Below are positions 41,401 to 54,700 of a stretch of DNA of 64,000 bases, piece by piece. The position numbers and the translations under genes were made by a program. Numbering within the stretch: the first letter of the stretch is position 1; each line of letters opens with the position of its first letter. The stretch covers positions 868,001 through 932,000 of the forward strand of contig NW_026781862.1 in assembly GCF_031769215.1 (NCBI RefSeq), in the 5' to 3' direction. The notes under the pieces are model-generated. The model was not told the origin of the DNA. It searched no databases and saw only the letters and a list, made by a program, of their open reading frames with translations. This DNA comes from Ylistrum balloti. Taxonomy: Eukaryota.

Positions 41401-44400
41401 TCACACCTAAATTGATAAATCTGTACTTTTAAACAACTTGTTACAGTAATTGTCAGGAAATACTGAACATGATCTGTTACATATTTTCAAGAAGTGCATT
41501 AATAGAAATAAAACAAACTTAAATATGTTGAAATTGAAATTGATCCTTTATTAAATTCTTTTCCATAAACACTTACTGCAGTAGATTTTGTGCAATTTGC
41601 TCCATAAGACTGAGCTTTGGACGTGTGACAAAGATGATGTTTTGTACATTGGATGGCGGCAGTCCAGAAGACCGCAGGGGAAACATCTTTTCAACTTCAT
41701 GTTCCTAAAAAATTCATGACATGTGTTTTTATCAAAGGGCCACATGAAGAGACTACTGAAGAGCTACTCTGAGATTTTCCTCAATGTACCGGGAGGCCTA
41801 TCACTGCCGTTTACATTTCTGATAAAAAGCAAATTGGTGTAGGGTTGACATTACTATAAGGCATAGGCCTATTACCACTGATTTTTGGCCAACAAAGAAT
41901 CAAGAACATTTTTCCAGTTATGAAGAAACCATTAGAATGATTCATTTCCTTATTTGAACAGGTATAGGGGAAAAAACCACTAATTACCAAAAGAGTATTG
42001 TAGATAAAGGTCAAGGGTCAGTTTGAGGGTCTGGGTGATTTTTTTAATCTATGGTTATGTTCAATCCCTTTTTAAACAAATAACAAGCACAACTGGCCTA
42101 AAACTGAGTGAGAATAGCGGGCTAATTATAGTTACATTATGTAGCATCTAAATCTGGCTGTGCCTTGGTCTACATTTAGGTACAGAATCTTAACTATTAA
42201 CTAAGAAGTCTTGTCTGTGTCTTGGTCCACATTCTCTTACAGAATCTTTAACTATTGACTGACAAATTTGGCCTGGGCCTTGGTCTACGTTCTGTTACAG
42301 AATGTTAACTACTGTCTGCCAGAGTCTCATTTAATTCAGTTGTAGGTAAAACAATATATTATTTCAGTAACCTTATATTTCACAACATATTATTTGCGAC
42401 TTGTTAGCATTTGACTTTCTTCATCAAAAGTAGATGGTATTTTTAATCCATGCTGATTTATAAATATATTTTATGATCTATATATAACAGGTCATGAACA
42501 CATAATAGATTCTTTAAAAAAAATCATGCTAAGAAAAAAGTGGAAACTGTTACATGACTCGGGAAAAATACACATAATAAAAATGAAATACAGAATACCA
42601 GTACCAGTACGCATTTATTTTGTGCCTGTAAAGATACTAAAATATGTTGTAGGTAATAATTTGTGATTTCTGAAAGCTTTCAAAAATTTTGTTCCGTCTT
42701 AGATATTGATGACTCAAATGTGTGGTTTACACTTGAGCTGTGATAGCCAGACTTATGAAACAACAGTTAAAATCAAATGACCTTAAGAACAAAGTTGATG
42801 ACAACTAATATCAGTGTACTTGCCTTCAACAATGAGTATTCAGCTATAAGACCAAATGCTCCTGTCAGTGCATCATCCCAAACCAGAGCCTGAAATAGGA
42901 AACAAAAGGACGTTATCATTCTATTTCAATGCCACACCAGGATTCAAACCTGTGTCCAATGGCTTACTAGTTCCGGCATCAAACCGATCAAGCTATAGAG
43001 AAGTTCACCTATCTAACTAATAGTATTTTATTGTGGGGCATGACTTAAGTATAACTTCTAAGTCACTCTGTGGGTGATAATGTAACAGATGCTCAACCAA
43101 TCAAGCTAGAGTTCTCTCTAGCCTATCAGTGTATTGTGGTTGATATGTTACCAGCGTAACATATTACTATAATCACAATTTAGGCAGGTGCATCAACCAA
43201 CAAGAGAATATATTTCAATAAAGCTATAGTTCTCATGTTGATGCTCCCTGTCCATTTAACTGCATATTATAAGTTTTATCTTTTTAGTAAACCACTACCA
43301 CAGTATGCATCAAGCTCACTGACAAATAAAACAGAAATTTTCATAATTACATAACATAACACATCTAAAATGAGCAATGGGTAATAACACTTTTCATAGT
43401 AGTCGTTAAGAAGAAATTGAAAATGTCAACTGTTTACGATGGATGACACACAACAACTGGACAAAAGGCAATCACAATAGGTCACTTGAGACTTCATCTC
43501 AGGTTACCTAAAAATCATATCAAGAGGACAATACTTGGGCCCATATCATTAACTTGCAGTAGTTTAGTCACATTACCTTTATAAAAACTTTAGGAGAAAA
43601 ATTTTTATTGTTTAATCCTCTTTCCTGTATTGGACCAAATCTCTCTGCTCCAAATAGAAGTAAGAGAGGATACAAAGATGAATCCCTTCAACTCAGTGAC
43701 ATGGGGTCAGACGCTTTATATAGAATTAATGAAAGCAAGACTCTTCAGAGAGAGGCACCTGAGTAAAGCTCTATACTAAAATAGATATGATAAAATTTTC
43801 AGGTCTGGCATACAGGATGTTGATAGTTCTGATTCAGAAATAAACTTAACTTGTAAAACATCTGAAAGACATTTCATCTACACAACTGGAATTGATGCAA
43901 CAGAAAAAAATTCATAGGTGACCTGCACTTCTTGAAATATTCTTAATCAATTTTATAGGATTTAATAGGATAACTTATGAACCCAGGTATACAATGGCTC
44001 TATGTAAATATCAACTTTTTACATAAAAAGTTTCAAGTTCAAATGCCACTTTTGATGCAATTCCATCTCGCCATGTGGTTATATTTCCATTCTTGATTAT
44101 GTCACCGTTTGTCCAACGCTATTTCAAATTCTCTCATGTTATTTGCAGAACAACCTTATCAAGGAGACTGTTCCAATTATTGATAGTTCTTTGCCCAATG
44201 AATATTTTCATACATTAAGTTTTGCAATATTTACTTCCATAGTTTCTGCAAGTGTCTTCTGGTTCTCAATGATTAATCTTGCTAAAAATGCCTTTTTTAC
44301 CTTACAGTCACAGAATTTATTCATTTTTTATACACCTTAACCTTCCATGTACAAGTGTTTGTAACTGAAGTTTCCTTGACGATATGGACAAGATCATTCT

Positions 44401-45136
44401 TTCAGGTCTGGTACACAATAAATAAAAAAAAATAATAAGCAAATGAAAAATACTATGATAACCATTCTACTTTCCTGAATTTGTCAGACTTATTTTTTTA
44501 TTTTTGCTAAATACAAAGATAATTTTACAGAAATGAAATTGGCATGAATAAGAAATTCTTTATCCTTCAATTTAATATCAAGAATATATTGATTGCCATT
44601 CAATATCATGACTTCACAACTTATACACAAGCACAAGAACACGTCATTGCCACAAAAATTGCTAGATTGATCACTCGCTGTCGCCTATCAAATGCTCTTC
44701 ATTTCTTCAGGCACTAATTAACCAGTTTTTCTTGATTCTTTCTACAGAATGTCTTTGCGCGTGTGGGCTTCGCTCTTTCCAGGTACTGCCTGGCTCCTAT
44801 TCCTATCCAAACAGAATGTTGCTCTAGGCAAATTTTGATAAGAAATTGTTCATCGCAGAAGAAAATTTATTCCTGTAGCACTAGCACCAGATGTCTTTCC
44901 GATTTAATGTTTAATGCACGGATGTTAGTCAGAAAAACTGACAAGAGGCACCACCCCCATACTCCAACATGTTTCTCTTTCGTATTAATGAAATAACTTA
45001 ACGAAAATGAATAATATTGTCAAGTTACCTTTGTTCCTGAACATTTGTCAAGCGACTCAAGAAGTTCTCTTCTATAGAAATCACGCAGAAGACTTAAATT
45101 AATCTTTCCATTAGACAAGTGAGCGGCTGCAGACAT
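32448..45136 (-). CDS. VPS33A: Vacuolar protein sorting 33A (Sec1/Munc18 family, HOPS/CORVET subunit), complete multi-exon CDS
   Basis: Exons 45136-45029, 42889-42824, 41704-41577, 41339-41255, 40972-40868, 40637-40521, 39499-39325, 38207-38011, 37133-37043, 36449-36375, 36090-36011, 35476-35390, 35137-35006, 34464-34296, 33786-33664, 32569-32448 (TGA), phase-consistent. Recalled motifs: [118 protein letters not shown]. Confidence 0.95.
32700..32855. repeat. ~26-bp tandem repeat
   Basis: Unit gagacaggagataggacatggatatt, in the last intron of VPS33A. Confidence 0.85.
37520..37830 (+). mobile_element. HINE/pearl-like element relic
   Basis: Contains aaggtcaagggtca, catgccaaatatgaaagc and a gacaaacatactgactggcagaca microsatellite-like tail. 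Confidence 0.35.
38280..38940. repeat. ~35-bp tandem array, about 19 copies
   Basis: Unit aataacagagtaatgggtggtgggtgtgtcatcat. Confidence 0.95.
39040..39324 (-). repeat. Degenerate tandem copies of the 3' end of VPS33A exon 39499-39325
   Basis: Repeated gataccaaa-catct...ataagacctt...gtcagctgtgagataaggg, matching exon sequence 39325-39380. Confidence 0.75.
39860..40440 (-). repeat. 67-bp tandem array, about 9 copies, derived from the 3' end of VPS33A exon 40637-40521
   Basis: Unit agatgtttggcatgatgccacacagaactagtgttaacatctactttgacatagtttcccttgccac, compared with exon sequence ccttgccacagatgttaggtatgatgcc. Confidence 0.92.
42940..43012 (-). mobile_element. tRNA-derived SINE head relic
   Basis: Minus strand has an A-box-like TAGCTTGATCGG and a B-box-like GGTTTGAATCC. 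No intact cloverleaf. Confidence 0.4.
44040..44410 (-). mobile_element. CR1-like LINE ORF2 3' relic
   Basis: Frameshifted minus-strand translation reads [14 protein letters not shown]...[15 protein letters not shown]...[16 protein letters not shown], resembling the recalled CR1 ORF2 C-terminus (RVINxWNSLP...FK..LDK.W). Confidence 0.65.
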
Positions 45137-45788
45137 TTTAACCGGAAGTAAGGAAGGGAGCAGCTATTAGTGTTTGATAATTTTTTTTATAAACACGAGA
45201 AATTGACTTCATACGTATTTCAACGGTATAACTCGAGTTCCCAACATGCACCCGAATCATATTACTTAACTTGGTTTTCTATGGAATAATAAGCTTTCGA
45301 TATTGCCAAAATGAAAACTCAAGTTGAAAGTGAAATTACAAATATAAAAAATGCATGATCCCTAGGAAAATTATGAAGCTATCTATTAACGTTTTAAGTG
45401 TTTTGTAAAATAAATTAAGAACCCCTCTGTATGATGATGTTGGAAGATGGTCAAAATTATAATCTGAAAATGATGACATTGTGCAAATGTTATTTGCCAA
45501 TGTAAACAGTTACTGTGTGGTTTCACTTCCGCACAAGGATACTGAATTGACATAAGGGTCAAACGTCAAATAGTGCGCTCTCCGGCACAATATGGTCATC
45601 GAAATAAGGCTGTTTGTTTACAGATTTTGATATTTCGAGTATATGAGGATATCGATAATGATTCGTTACTGCTACATTTTTATAATTATGAGAGTTGATA
45701 TTTCCAAACATCGTGGCGATCTCTAAACGGCGGAAAGATCTTCATTGGCGGTTGTTTGGTCGAGTTGCTGAAGCAGGAGACGGGCAAG
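45137..45788. promoter_or_regulatory. Putative bidirectional promoter region between VPS33A and SGSM, with an ETS-like CCGGAAGT next to the VPS33A ATG
   Basis: The two ATGs diverge 652 bp apart, the region is CpG-enriched, and accggaagta lies at 45141-45150. Confidence 0.6.
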
Positions 45789-48700
45789 ATGATGGCAAAC
45801 GGTAAGGGTATACGAAAACCAGTGACAACCGATTTAGATGGAATTTTTCAATTTAACATGTCAGTTTATTTTGACTTACATCTATTTTCAGAAATAGAAA
45901 ACCGGCAGAAGCTTCTGCGGGCTGTTAAAAAAGAGGTAAAGTCTTATTTTCTTATTTTCATTGATGATTCCGAGATGGAAAAATCAATATTATTATGAGA
46001 AGTGAATGGGTAGCCATACATTCATGTATGTGTGTGCATTCATTGGTTTGCGAATAATTAATCATGATGACCATGCGGATTGCTTACAATACTTAGATAT
46101 CAATGAATTTATCATTTACTCAGTAGTAATGTTAAATAAAGATACAATAAAAGGTACTGAAACTATATTTCAAGGAATTTAAAAGCTTGTCAGTTGTTTT
46201 TAATGAGATTACCGTTTAGAATTAAAGTTGCAATTAGTGAGTTGATACATTGAAGCTTCAGTGGAACTTTAGAATTGAATGTTAAATAAAAAAGTAAATG
46301 TAGTACATACCATTTTATACTCCTTTCAGACCTGATATTTACCTAGTTGAAACATTTTAATAATAAGAAAAAAATATTCAGACATGATCATAAGTAAAGA
46401 TAGTGAAAACTCCACCACTTTCATAATATAATCATATTGGCTCTGTCAATCTAGCATATACGGTGAACACTCTAAATTACTGGACTATACAGGGACTAAA
46501 TAATTTGGCTAGTTTGTAGAGAACTCTGGGTGATAGTTTGCATTTAGATGATTTAAAGTGAGTAGAATAAAAACCTAAACTACAGTTATTGTTCTTAATG
46601 TATTTCATTAACACTGGCATTATAGCAAGTTTGGGAAACTGATTTAGTTGAATGAATAGAAATGTTATAACATTGGTGAACACTAAGCATCAATATCCTG
46701 CTCAGCTAGAGATATCTTTCCTTTAACTCATTCAGTTGAGCATAAAATGCTTGCTAACAGACTTATAAAATTAAATAATGACTTCTTATATCTTACTTAG
46801 CTATTTCGTTTGTTGTCAGTGTGGATGATTAAAAATTTTGACTTAAAAGAATCAGTGGTTGTCTTGGACAGTTTGCTTTCATGATTGAGTTTCCTATCAA
46901 CCAGTGTATAGCCTTATTTTTTTAATTACCATTTTCAGAATATCTTTACCGATATAGCCTTGTTCCTTATTCATTCTTGTTCATTATGAATGAATGTGTT
47001 TGAGTCATTTTCATTTGTTTGGTCCATTTCATTATCAGATTTGACCAGTCAGATTCATCATTTATGCACCTATTGGACACTATTGATAATTTCATTTTCT
47101 ATTCAGAAGAACACTTCCTGAGTGAAGTTTTATCTACCGTATATTTGTCATCATTCTCCTCAACTTTCTCATCCAATGATTTTACAATCACAGAGCTCAT
47201 AAAGGGAAACGTGGCATGTAGATAGCATTTTTGTTATGAATTGCAATGATTGTCTTTTCTATCTAACTGGCATCTGTATCCTGCATATACAGTGTATACT
47301 GTGTTAATTCAACATTTGATGTAACAGGGTGCTGCCCTTCAGACTTGGTTGGTAGAAGCATTTCCATGGTATTATCATGTCAGAATCCTGACTTTGAAAT
47401 CTGTCCAGTGCAGTAGGCAGAAAGGAATGTATTTTTCACATGTAATATGTGTCTGCTAAATGTCCAAATCTGTAGAGTCAAGACTTAACAAACATTGGCA
47501 GAATGAGCCCTCTAAATTCACACCAAATTGTTCCACATGATACTGCATCTTGTATTGATTCGTGACCAGTATATAAATTATGGTTTCGAGAAGACTTCAG
47601 CAGTGTTTGATTGATGTAATTGATGTTAGGATGGTAGAACAATCATATTTTCATGTCCCCGTAGTATCATAACATTAAGTTCTACACTTGATCAGATTCT
47701 GTTTTGAATTAAGGAGAAGGGGTTTGTCTTGTGGACATTTTCTAGTTCTGTTGTGAAATAAAATTGTAGTTTAAGGATGGTTCTGAGGATTCAGGGATGC
47801 TGTAACACTTGGCAGGTCTTAAACCTCTCCATAACCTGTGTTTTAACTGTCGTTTATCATGAGATCCCAGGTTAAAACAGATGTTGTGGGTCTGTCTAAC
47901 AATATCATCATATGCTCTGTGATAACTTATTTACATCAGTCAATTTTTACAACAGTTCTTTTCAAATATCATAATATTGATATGTAACACAATATCAAAA
48001 GCACCTTATCAGAAGTAAATCAGATACTATGAAAAGTCATTGGTTAAACATACATTTTATATCAATAATTTGAACTGAGACACTTCATATTATTTTCATA
48101 CCTGTCCTGTTTTTAAAATATGTTTATAAAATTAAATCAATATTTCACAAAAAGTAGAGCAAGTGGAACAGTTTTCACTCATGTTTTAGATCTCTGTTTC
48201 AGATTGTTACTCTGAGCAATAATTTCTGTATTATCACATTTTACAGGGTTTTCCGGTCTTTGATTTATTTAGCAGCTATGACATAAAGATGTATTACACA
48301 ATGTTGATAACATTAAACATCAAACATGTTTATTGCACTTGATTTTTTTGATTACCGGTAGGTGTTTAAAAGACAAAATTTAGGCAAGTCCTGAACCTTT
48401 CAGGAAAGTCTGTCCTGTTTATCTTGTCTGTAACAGCAATTAATAAAACCAAACAAAAAAATATTTAGTTTGAGAAATTTCCAAGACTTAACATCATACC
48501 AGGTTCATATATATGGTTCGTCTGCTAGGTTTCAGCAGAATGCCTAGTGGTATGCAGAGCTCTCTTACATCAACAAATGAAAAAATAAAAATCTTGAAGC
48601 CAGGTTTCAAACCAATATAAGCTACTATCTTCTATAGAGAATAATATTGACTAAATCATTATTGCTGTTCTTTTACAACATACAGGTCCCCCCTCCCCAC

Positions 48701-51700
48701 TCTTTTGTTTTTCCTCTTTGTCGTTTTTGTATCTTACCATTAAGCCCCTGACACCATTACCACCACTAAAAGATAGATAACAAATGATTCACAATTGTTC
48801 TTCTACCCACCTAACAGTTTTATTCTAGAAAAAAGATACCATTGTTGCTGCCAGAAGGTCCAGCTCCTGCTATCATTGCCAAATCAATAAATATCATTAA
48901 TCTACTGATGAGAATCTCCCACAGTTCAGTCTGTTTGTCGCTTTGTATTAGAGAGGCTAGCTGATTATTATGTTTCAGATTTAAAGCTAAGCTTAGTGCT
49001 TCAAGAATGTTGAACTAGTCTGGAGGCAACCTACTTTTCAAATTTATAAGGAGGTTTTTCAGAACTTATCCTGACTGTTGAATCTTGTTGTAAGGAGTTG
49101 ATTGTTTTGAACCTCAACAGTGTTATCCAGATTTTGCTCTGTCCCTACAGTGTCGTCCAACAGATCTGTAATGTTAATGCACACTAAGATAAGGTATGTT
49201 TCTTATATTCTGTGGTTTCATTAACACCATACCTGACAGTTATATATGAAACCAACAGCAATTTTTAAAAAATGCCAGTTATGACAGCTGTTACAAGAAG
49301 AAATAACGAATTGAGAAAAACTTTCCAAATTAAAATAGCCTTATCTTTTCACACTTTCTCTACTGTGAACCCCAGACAGATGAACTTCTTAATTCTGCCC
49401 TAGTTAAACTTAGCAGGAGTTTATCATATCAGTTGAGTATCTAACAGATGATTTGTTTGTTTTTAAACACATAGAAATAGGGATGTCCTTTGTTTGTTTG
49501 ATCATCGTATAGCTGAATTGAATCTGTGAGCCACACATTCCATATCCATAGGCAACTTCAATTTCTGGTGGCTGCTCAGTCTGTAGAACATCAGACTAAG
49601 TAACCTCTTGTGGAGATCCGAAGTGTGTGGTTCAATGCTACCTACTTGTGTGAGTTTGAGTTTCTCAGGAAGTCTGTACTGTTGTGAGTTCAATGTGTCT
49701 TTCGGCAAGACACTTTACCCTAATTACTCTGAATGACATGTGATGGGCATCCTGATTGTTGTTCAGTGAAGCAGCCACAAGCTCCTAAAAGGAAAACCTG
49801 TCTCAAAATGACTCAATATGGTGGTTCTTAGGGCGATGAACCCAGAAAATAAACCAGCAGGTTATATACTTACTAACTAACTACATTTACTGATGCATCT
49901 TTGTATCGTTTGATATGATTGTTATTATGCAAGGTGAAATTTTCCAGGCCATAAACTGCATTTAAGTATAAGCTACATGGCTGATTATTAGCAAGTTTTT
50001 CAATTTGATTCACATATTGGAAGAAAAGCAGCGCTTTCTGATGATGTGATAACCATTATGTTGACCAGTTTGTTGATATAATAGACAACGGAAGGCAATT
50101 TATCAAGATCGACAGTGAAACATTTGATATTAGTTTTCAAATGAATTATACACAGATAATATGTTTGAAAAACATGAAATAGCAGTTATAGAACTTGTTT
50201 GACTTCGGAGCACAGATAAAGGGCCTGACGTTACATACGGTTTACCTAACAATATCTCCATAGGTGTCTGTACTGTTAAATATTAGCGAAAGCCGTTGCA
50301 TGCTGAAGAAATTCTTATAGTCCCATATTATTTTTATTAGTGCTACAAAACCATTTTTATCATAAATAAGCATGATGGTTGACCTAGAATCTGACCTGAT
50401 GACCTATCGATCCCAGGATGCAAAAGGCTATTGTAAACTTCTGCTATGGCTTCTGGTGCAACCACGAAAGTTCAGAAGATATTATTGTGATTCATATTAA
50501 AAGGTATGATTAATCTTATTTTCAATTCAATCTTAAAATCATCCTGTATATGGTTGCAAATGACGGTTCTAGACGATTTGGTTCAGTCACAAACACATGA
50601 TGAACAAGTACTCTTAAAAAACTTGGTTCCGTCATATCTTACTGGTGTACTGGTATCCTTGGTTTAAATCTATATTTTTCATTCTTTCTCGAAGTATAAC
50701 ATTTTACAGCAATAAAAACAATAAGGGTGCGATGTCTCACAGGTCAATTGTGCATGCGATACACCTCAATAAAATCACCATTTCGAAATACATAATGCTC
50801 AGGAATGGATGATATGCTTGGTTATTATTGGGTTTTTTTTTCATTTTGTCTTTTTTTTCGTCCACATATAAGCCACACCAGTTTATAAACTGCAAACTCC
50901 ACTGCCAAGAAAAACACTGCAGCTTATAATCTGGAAAATTCAGTATATATACACATGTAGGTATTCAAAATTTTGAGTTAAAAATACTCTTGTCTTACTG
51001 TTAGCTACCTGCCCATTGAAAAAGTTAAACTCTGTATACATATATCTTCATGCATTTTCTAATAATGGCTTCATATATCCATATTGTCTAAAATATAGCA
51101 GAGGTATATCAAAATGATTGCTTCTTAGATTGATACTGCAGGAGATATTTCATCTCCTAGTGCTGGGTGTCAAATACATTCTGCTCCATGTGTCTCTGAC
51201 AGGGCTTGATAAGGCTGTCTTCAACACAATGCATTCATAGCACATCCCTAGCAAAGGAAAGTGTTTCGATTGGAATAACAAATCTTTTTTAATTCTGATG
51301 GAAAAGCGAATTCTGAACAAGTTCCTGTCTTCATACACAATTCACAATCAATAACAACGCCCACATACTTGTTGTCGTCACATTTGGTTTGTCTAAGTGC
51401 ACTCTTCTCTGTAACATATATCTTCAGATAAAAGAACGTTGATCTCCAATTAAATGAATTTCGTGTGTGAGTCTTGAAAACATATCAAGACAACAGATGA
51501 TATGTATTGTATGGCATCATCAATAGCTGATGGGTATTCATAATAAAAAATGATCTGCAGAGTATCTAGCTAATTAATAATGGATAAATTCTACTGTCAG
51601 TTTACATAGTAAATACACTGAATATCTAACCTCATTAATTAGGGACAAATTCTACTGTAATTATACCCAGTAAATATACCAAGTGTCTACCTCACAAAAT

Positions 51701-54700
51701 GGGGGACGAATTCTACTATCACTATACCCTATAAATATACCAAGTGTCTACCTCACAAAATGGTGGACACATTCTACTATAATTATACATTATAAATATA
51801 CCAAGAGTCTACCTCACAAAATGGTGGACACATTCTACTATCATTATACCCAGTAAATATACCAAGTGTCTACCTCACAAAATGGGGGACAAATTCTACT
51901 ATCATTATACCCTGTAAATATACCAAGTGTCTACCTCACAAAATGGGGGACACATTCTACTATCATTATACCCTGTAAATATACCAAGTGTCTACCTCAC
52001 AAAATGGGGGACAAGTTCTACTATTACTTTACCCTGTAAATATAATTAGGACGTACATGGGACAATGATTTATCAGGGACAAATTCTTTAGTCTCTTTAT
52101 CCTGTAAATATACTGACTGTCTACCTCATAAATTATGGACAAGTTCTACTGTCATTTTACTCTTTATGTATACTGAGTATCTACCAAGTAGATCAGGGTA
52201 AAGTTTGGTAAGAGTTCCTTTTGAACCCCCCACCCAAAGTGGCTACCAATGGGTTATTATACCTGATACAAGTGTATTCTTTTTATATATTTTTTTTTTT
52301 TTTTCATTTTTTTTAAAATACTGATTTTAACCCCAAAAAGACCATGCCCCAATTTTTCTTGGTACCCCTTAAAATAAACCCTTTTAGATACTTATTATAG
52401 CCTACTGGTAGTCATTTTGGGTGGGGGGTTCAAAAAGAACTCTTTCCTAAAGGTTTACTGTCGCTAAACCTGGCATACAACAGGACTAAATAAAGGACAA
52501 ATTGTACTGTCGCTAAATCCAGTAAATATACAATACTGAATATTCTAATTGTCTACCTAATTCATCAGGGACAAATTTTATTGTCACTAAACCCAGTATA
52601 CAGGCTGGTCTGTGGAAATTTAGAGTGTTCCTGATTTATATCAGGGACAAATTGTACTGCCACACTCTGTCTACAGGCTGGCCTGTATACTGGGTGAAGA
52701 GACAGAAGAATTTGGCCTTGATTACTGACCATGATAAATATATCAGATTGGATTGGTTGATTAAATTATATATTACTGACCATGATAAATATATCAGATT
52801 GGATTGGTTGATTAAATTATATATTACTGACCATGATAAATATATCAGATTGGATTGGTTGATTAAATTATATATTACTGACCATGATAAATATATCAGA
52901 TTGGATTGGTTGATTAAATTATATATTACTGACCATGATAAATATATCAGATCGGATTGGTTGATTAAATAGTTGTATATTACTGACCATGATAAATATA
53001 TCAGATTGGATTGGTTGATTAAATTATATATTACTGACCATGATAAATATATCAGATCGGATTGGTTGATTAAATTGTATATTACTGACCATGATAAATA
53101 TATCAGATCGGATTGGTTGATTAAATAGTTGTATATTACTGACCATGATAAATATATCAGATTGGATTGGTTGATTAAATTATATATTACTGACCATGAT
53201 AAATATATCAGATTGGCTGGACTGGTTTTTCAGAATCTTTTTTGGGCTTTGTTAATGCTATTTTACAGGTATACGTAAAACACATAATACACAACCTAAA
53301 CCAATTATGTATTGATTTCATCAACATGGCCAAAACATGTTCTAATTAGTACATTTATTATATGTAGGAGTGTTGTTTTGGTACATTGTGTTATTCAGTT
53401 GACCACTATAACTTGTCAGGTTTGTCTGATACCTAGCAATATCAGCTGACGGTCTGTTCAGATGAATATCAATGACAAGTAGGGGAAAAACATTGTTGCA
53501 CTGTAGAAAAGAACAGATATCAGTAGTAGGGTGTTTACCCTAACTTGGTCTCTGTCCTTGTACTGTAAGTGAGGCTTATTTTATTGGTCATTTCCTCCTA
53601 ACGTCAATCGTACCATCATCGACAGGGATCAATACTGTGGTAGAGATGTTATCTGTAGCAGCACAACATACGTCACCAACCCTCCCCGGCTCACTGCGTC
53701 TTCTCATACGCCCACACATGTAAGGCAGCGTCAGGATTACATGATAAACCACACATAATTCACTATTTATCACGGATGTCAAGGCACCTTGTTTTCACTG
53801 TGGTGTTGGTGTCATTTTGATCCGTTTGCTGTACCTCAACACATGTCTCTGATTTTGTCAATCTAACATGGCTGCCGAGAAAAAATATGTTGATCTAACA
53901 TTGCTATAGAGCAAAAATGTTTCTATATTTACCAGATTTTTTTACAGGTTTTATTAAAATGAAAAAGATACATTTGTTATTACATGCATTTTTGGACTAT
54001 AGTGTATTTTGTGAAAAAGCTGTCAAGGTTATTCAAAGTCAAATTTTCAAATATGATTAGCTAGTGGGTTTCTACTCCACAATTTCTGTTTTTAATCTTA
54101 TCTTCACCAAAACAAACCAATATTTGATCATTGAAGACATGTCATGTTTATACTCCCAAATGTTTGGTGATGATATAGATATCATAAAACACATTTTGTT
54201 AACGTAACACAGAATTATTGTCACTGTAGAAGGTGGTTAAGTAATTGAGAGTCTTCAAAGGTGAGGTGGTTACAGAGGATCAAAAATCTACAAAGGAGGG
54301 GATAGGTTTGAGATTTGGAATCTTCTTGAAAGAAGAGCATGGTGTGAGGTTTGGAATTTAGTATATCAGAAATCTACTTCAAAGGAGGGAATGGTTGTGA
54401 GACTGGGAGTCTCCTGTAAAGGAGAGAATAATGATGAGTTTGGGAGTCTCCTGTAAAGGAGAGCATGATGATGAGTTTGGTAGTCTAGATTTAAAATAGA
54501 GCATGATGATGAGTTTGGGAGTCTTCTTGAAAGGAGAGCATGATGATGAGTTTGGGAGTCTTCTTGAAAGGAGAGCATGATGATGAGTTTGGGAGTCTCC
54601 TGTAAAGGAGAGCATGATGATGAGTTTGGGAGTCTTCTTGAAAGGAGAGCATGATGATGAGTTTGGGAGTCTTCTTGAAAGGAGAGCATGATGATGAGTT

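Noticed and set aside
45756-45998. 80-aa ORF as a single-exon gene
   Set aside because: It is read-through of SGSM exon 1, a 90-nt intron and exon 2.
52625-52972. 115-aa ORF with a 17-aa repeat
   Set aside because: It is a product of the 51-bp array and ends at the first variant unit.
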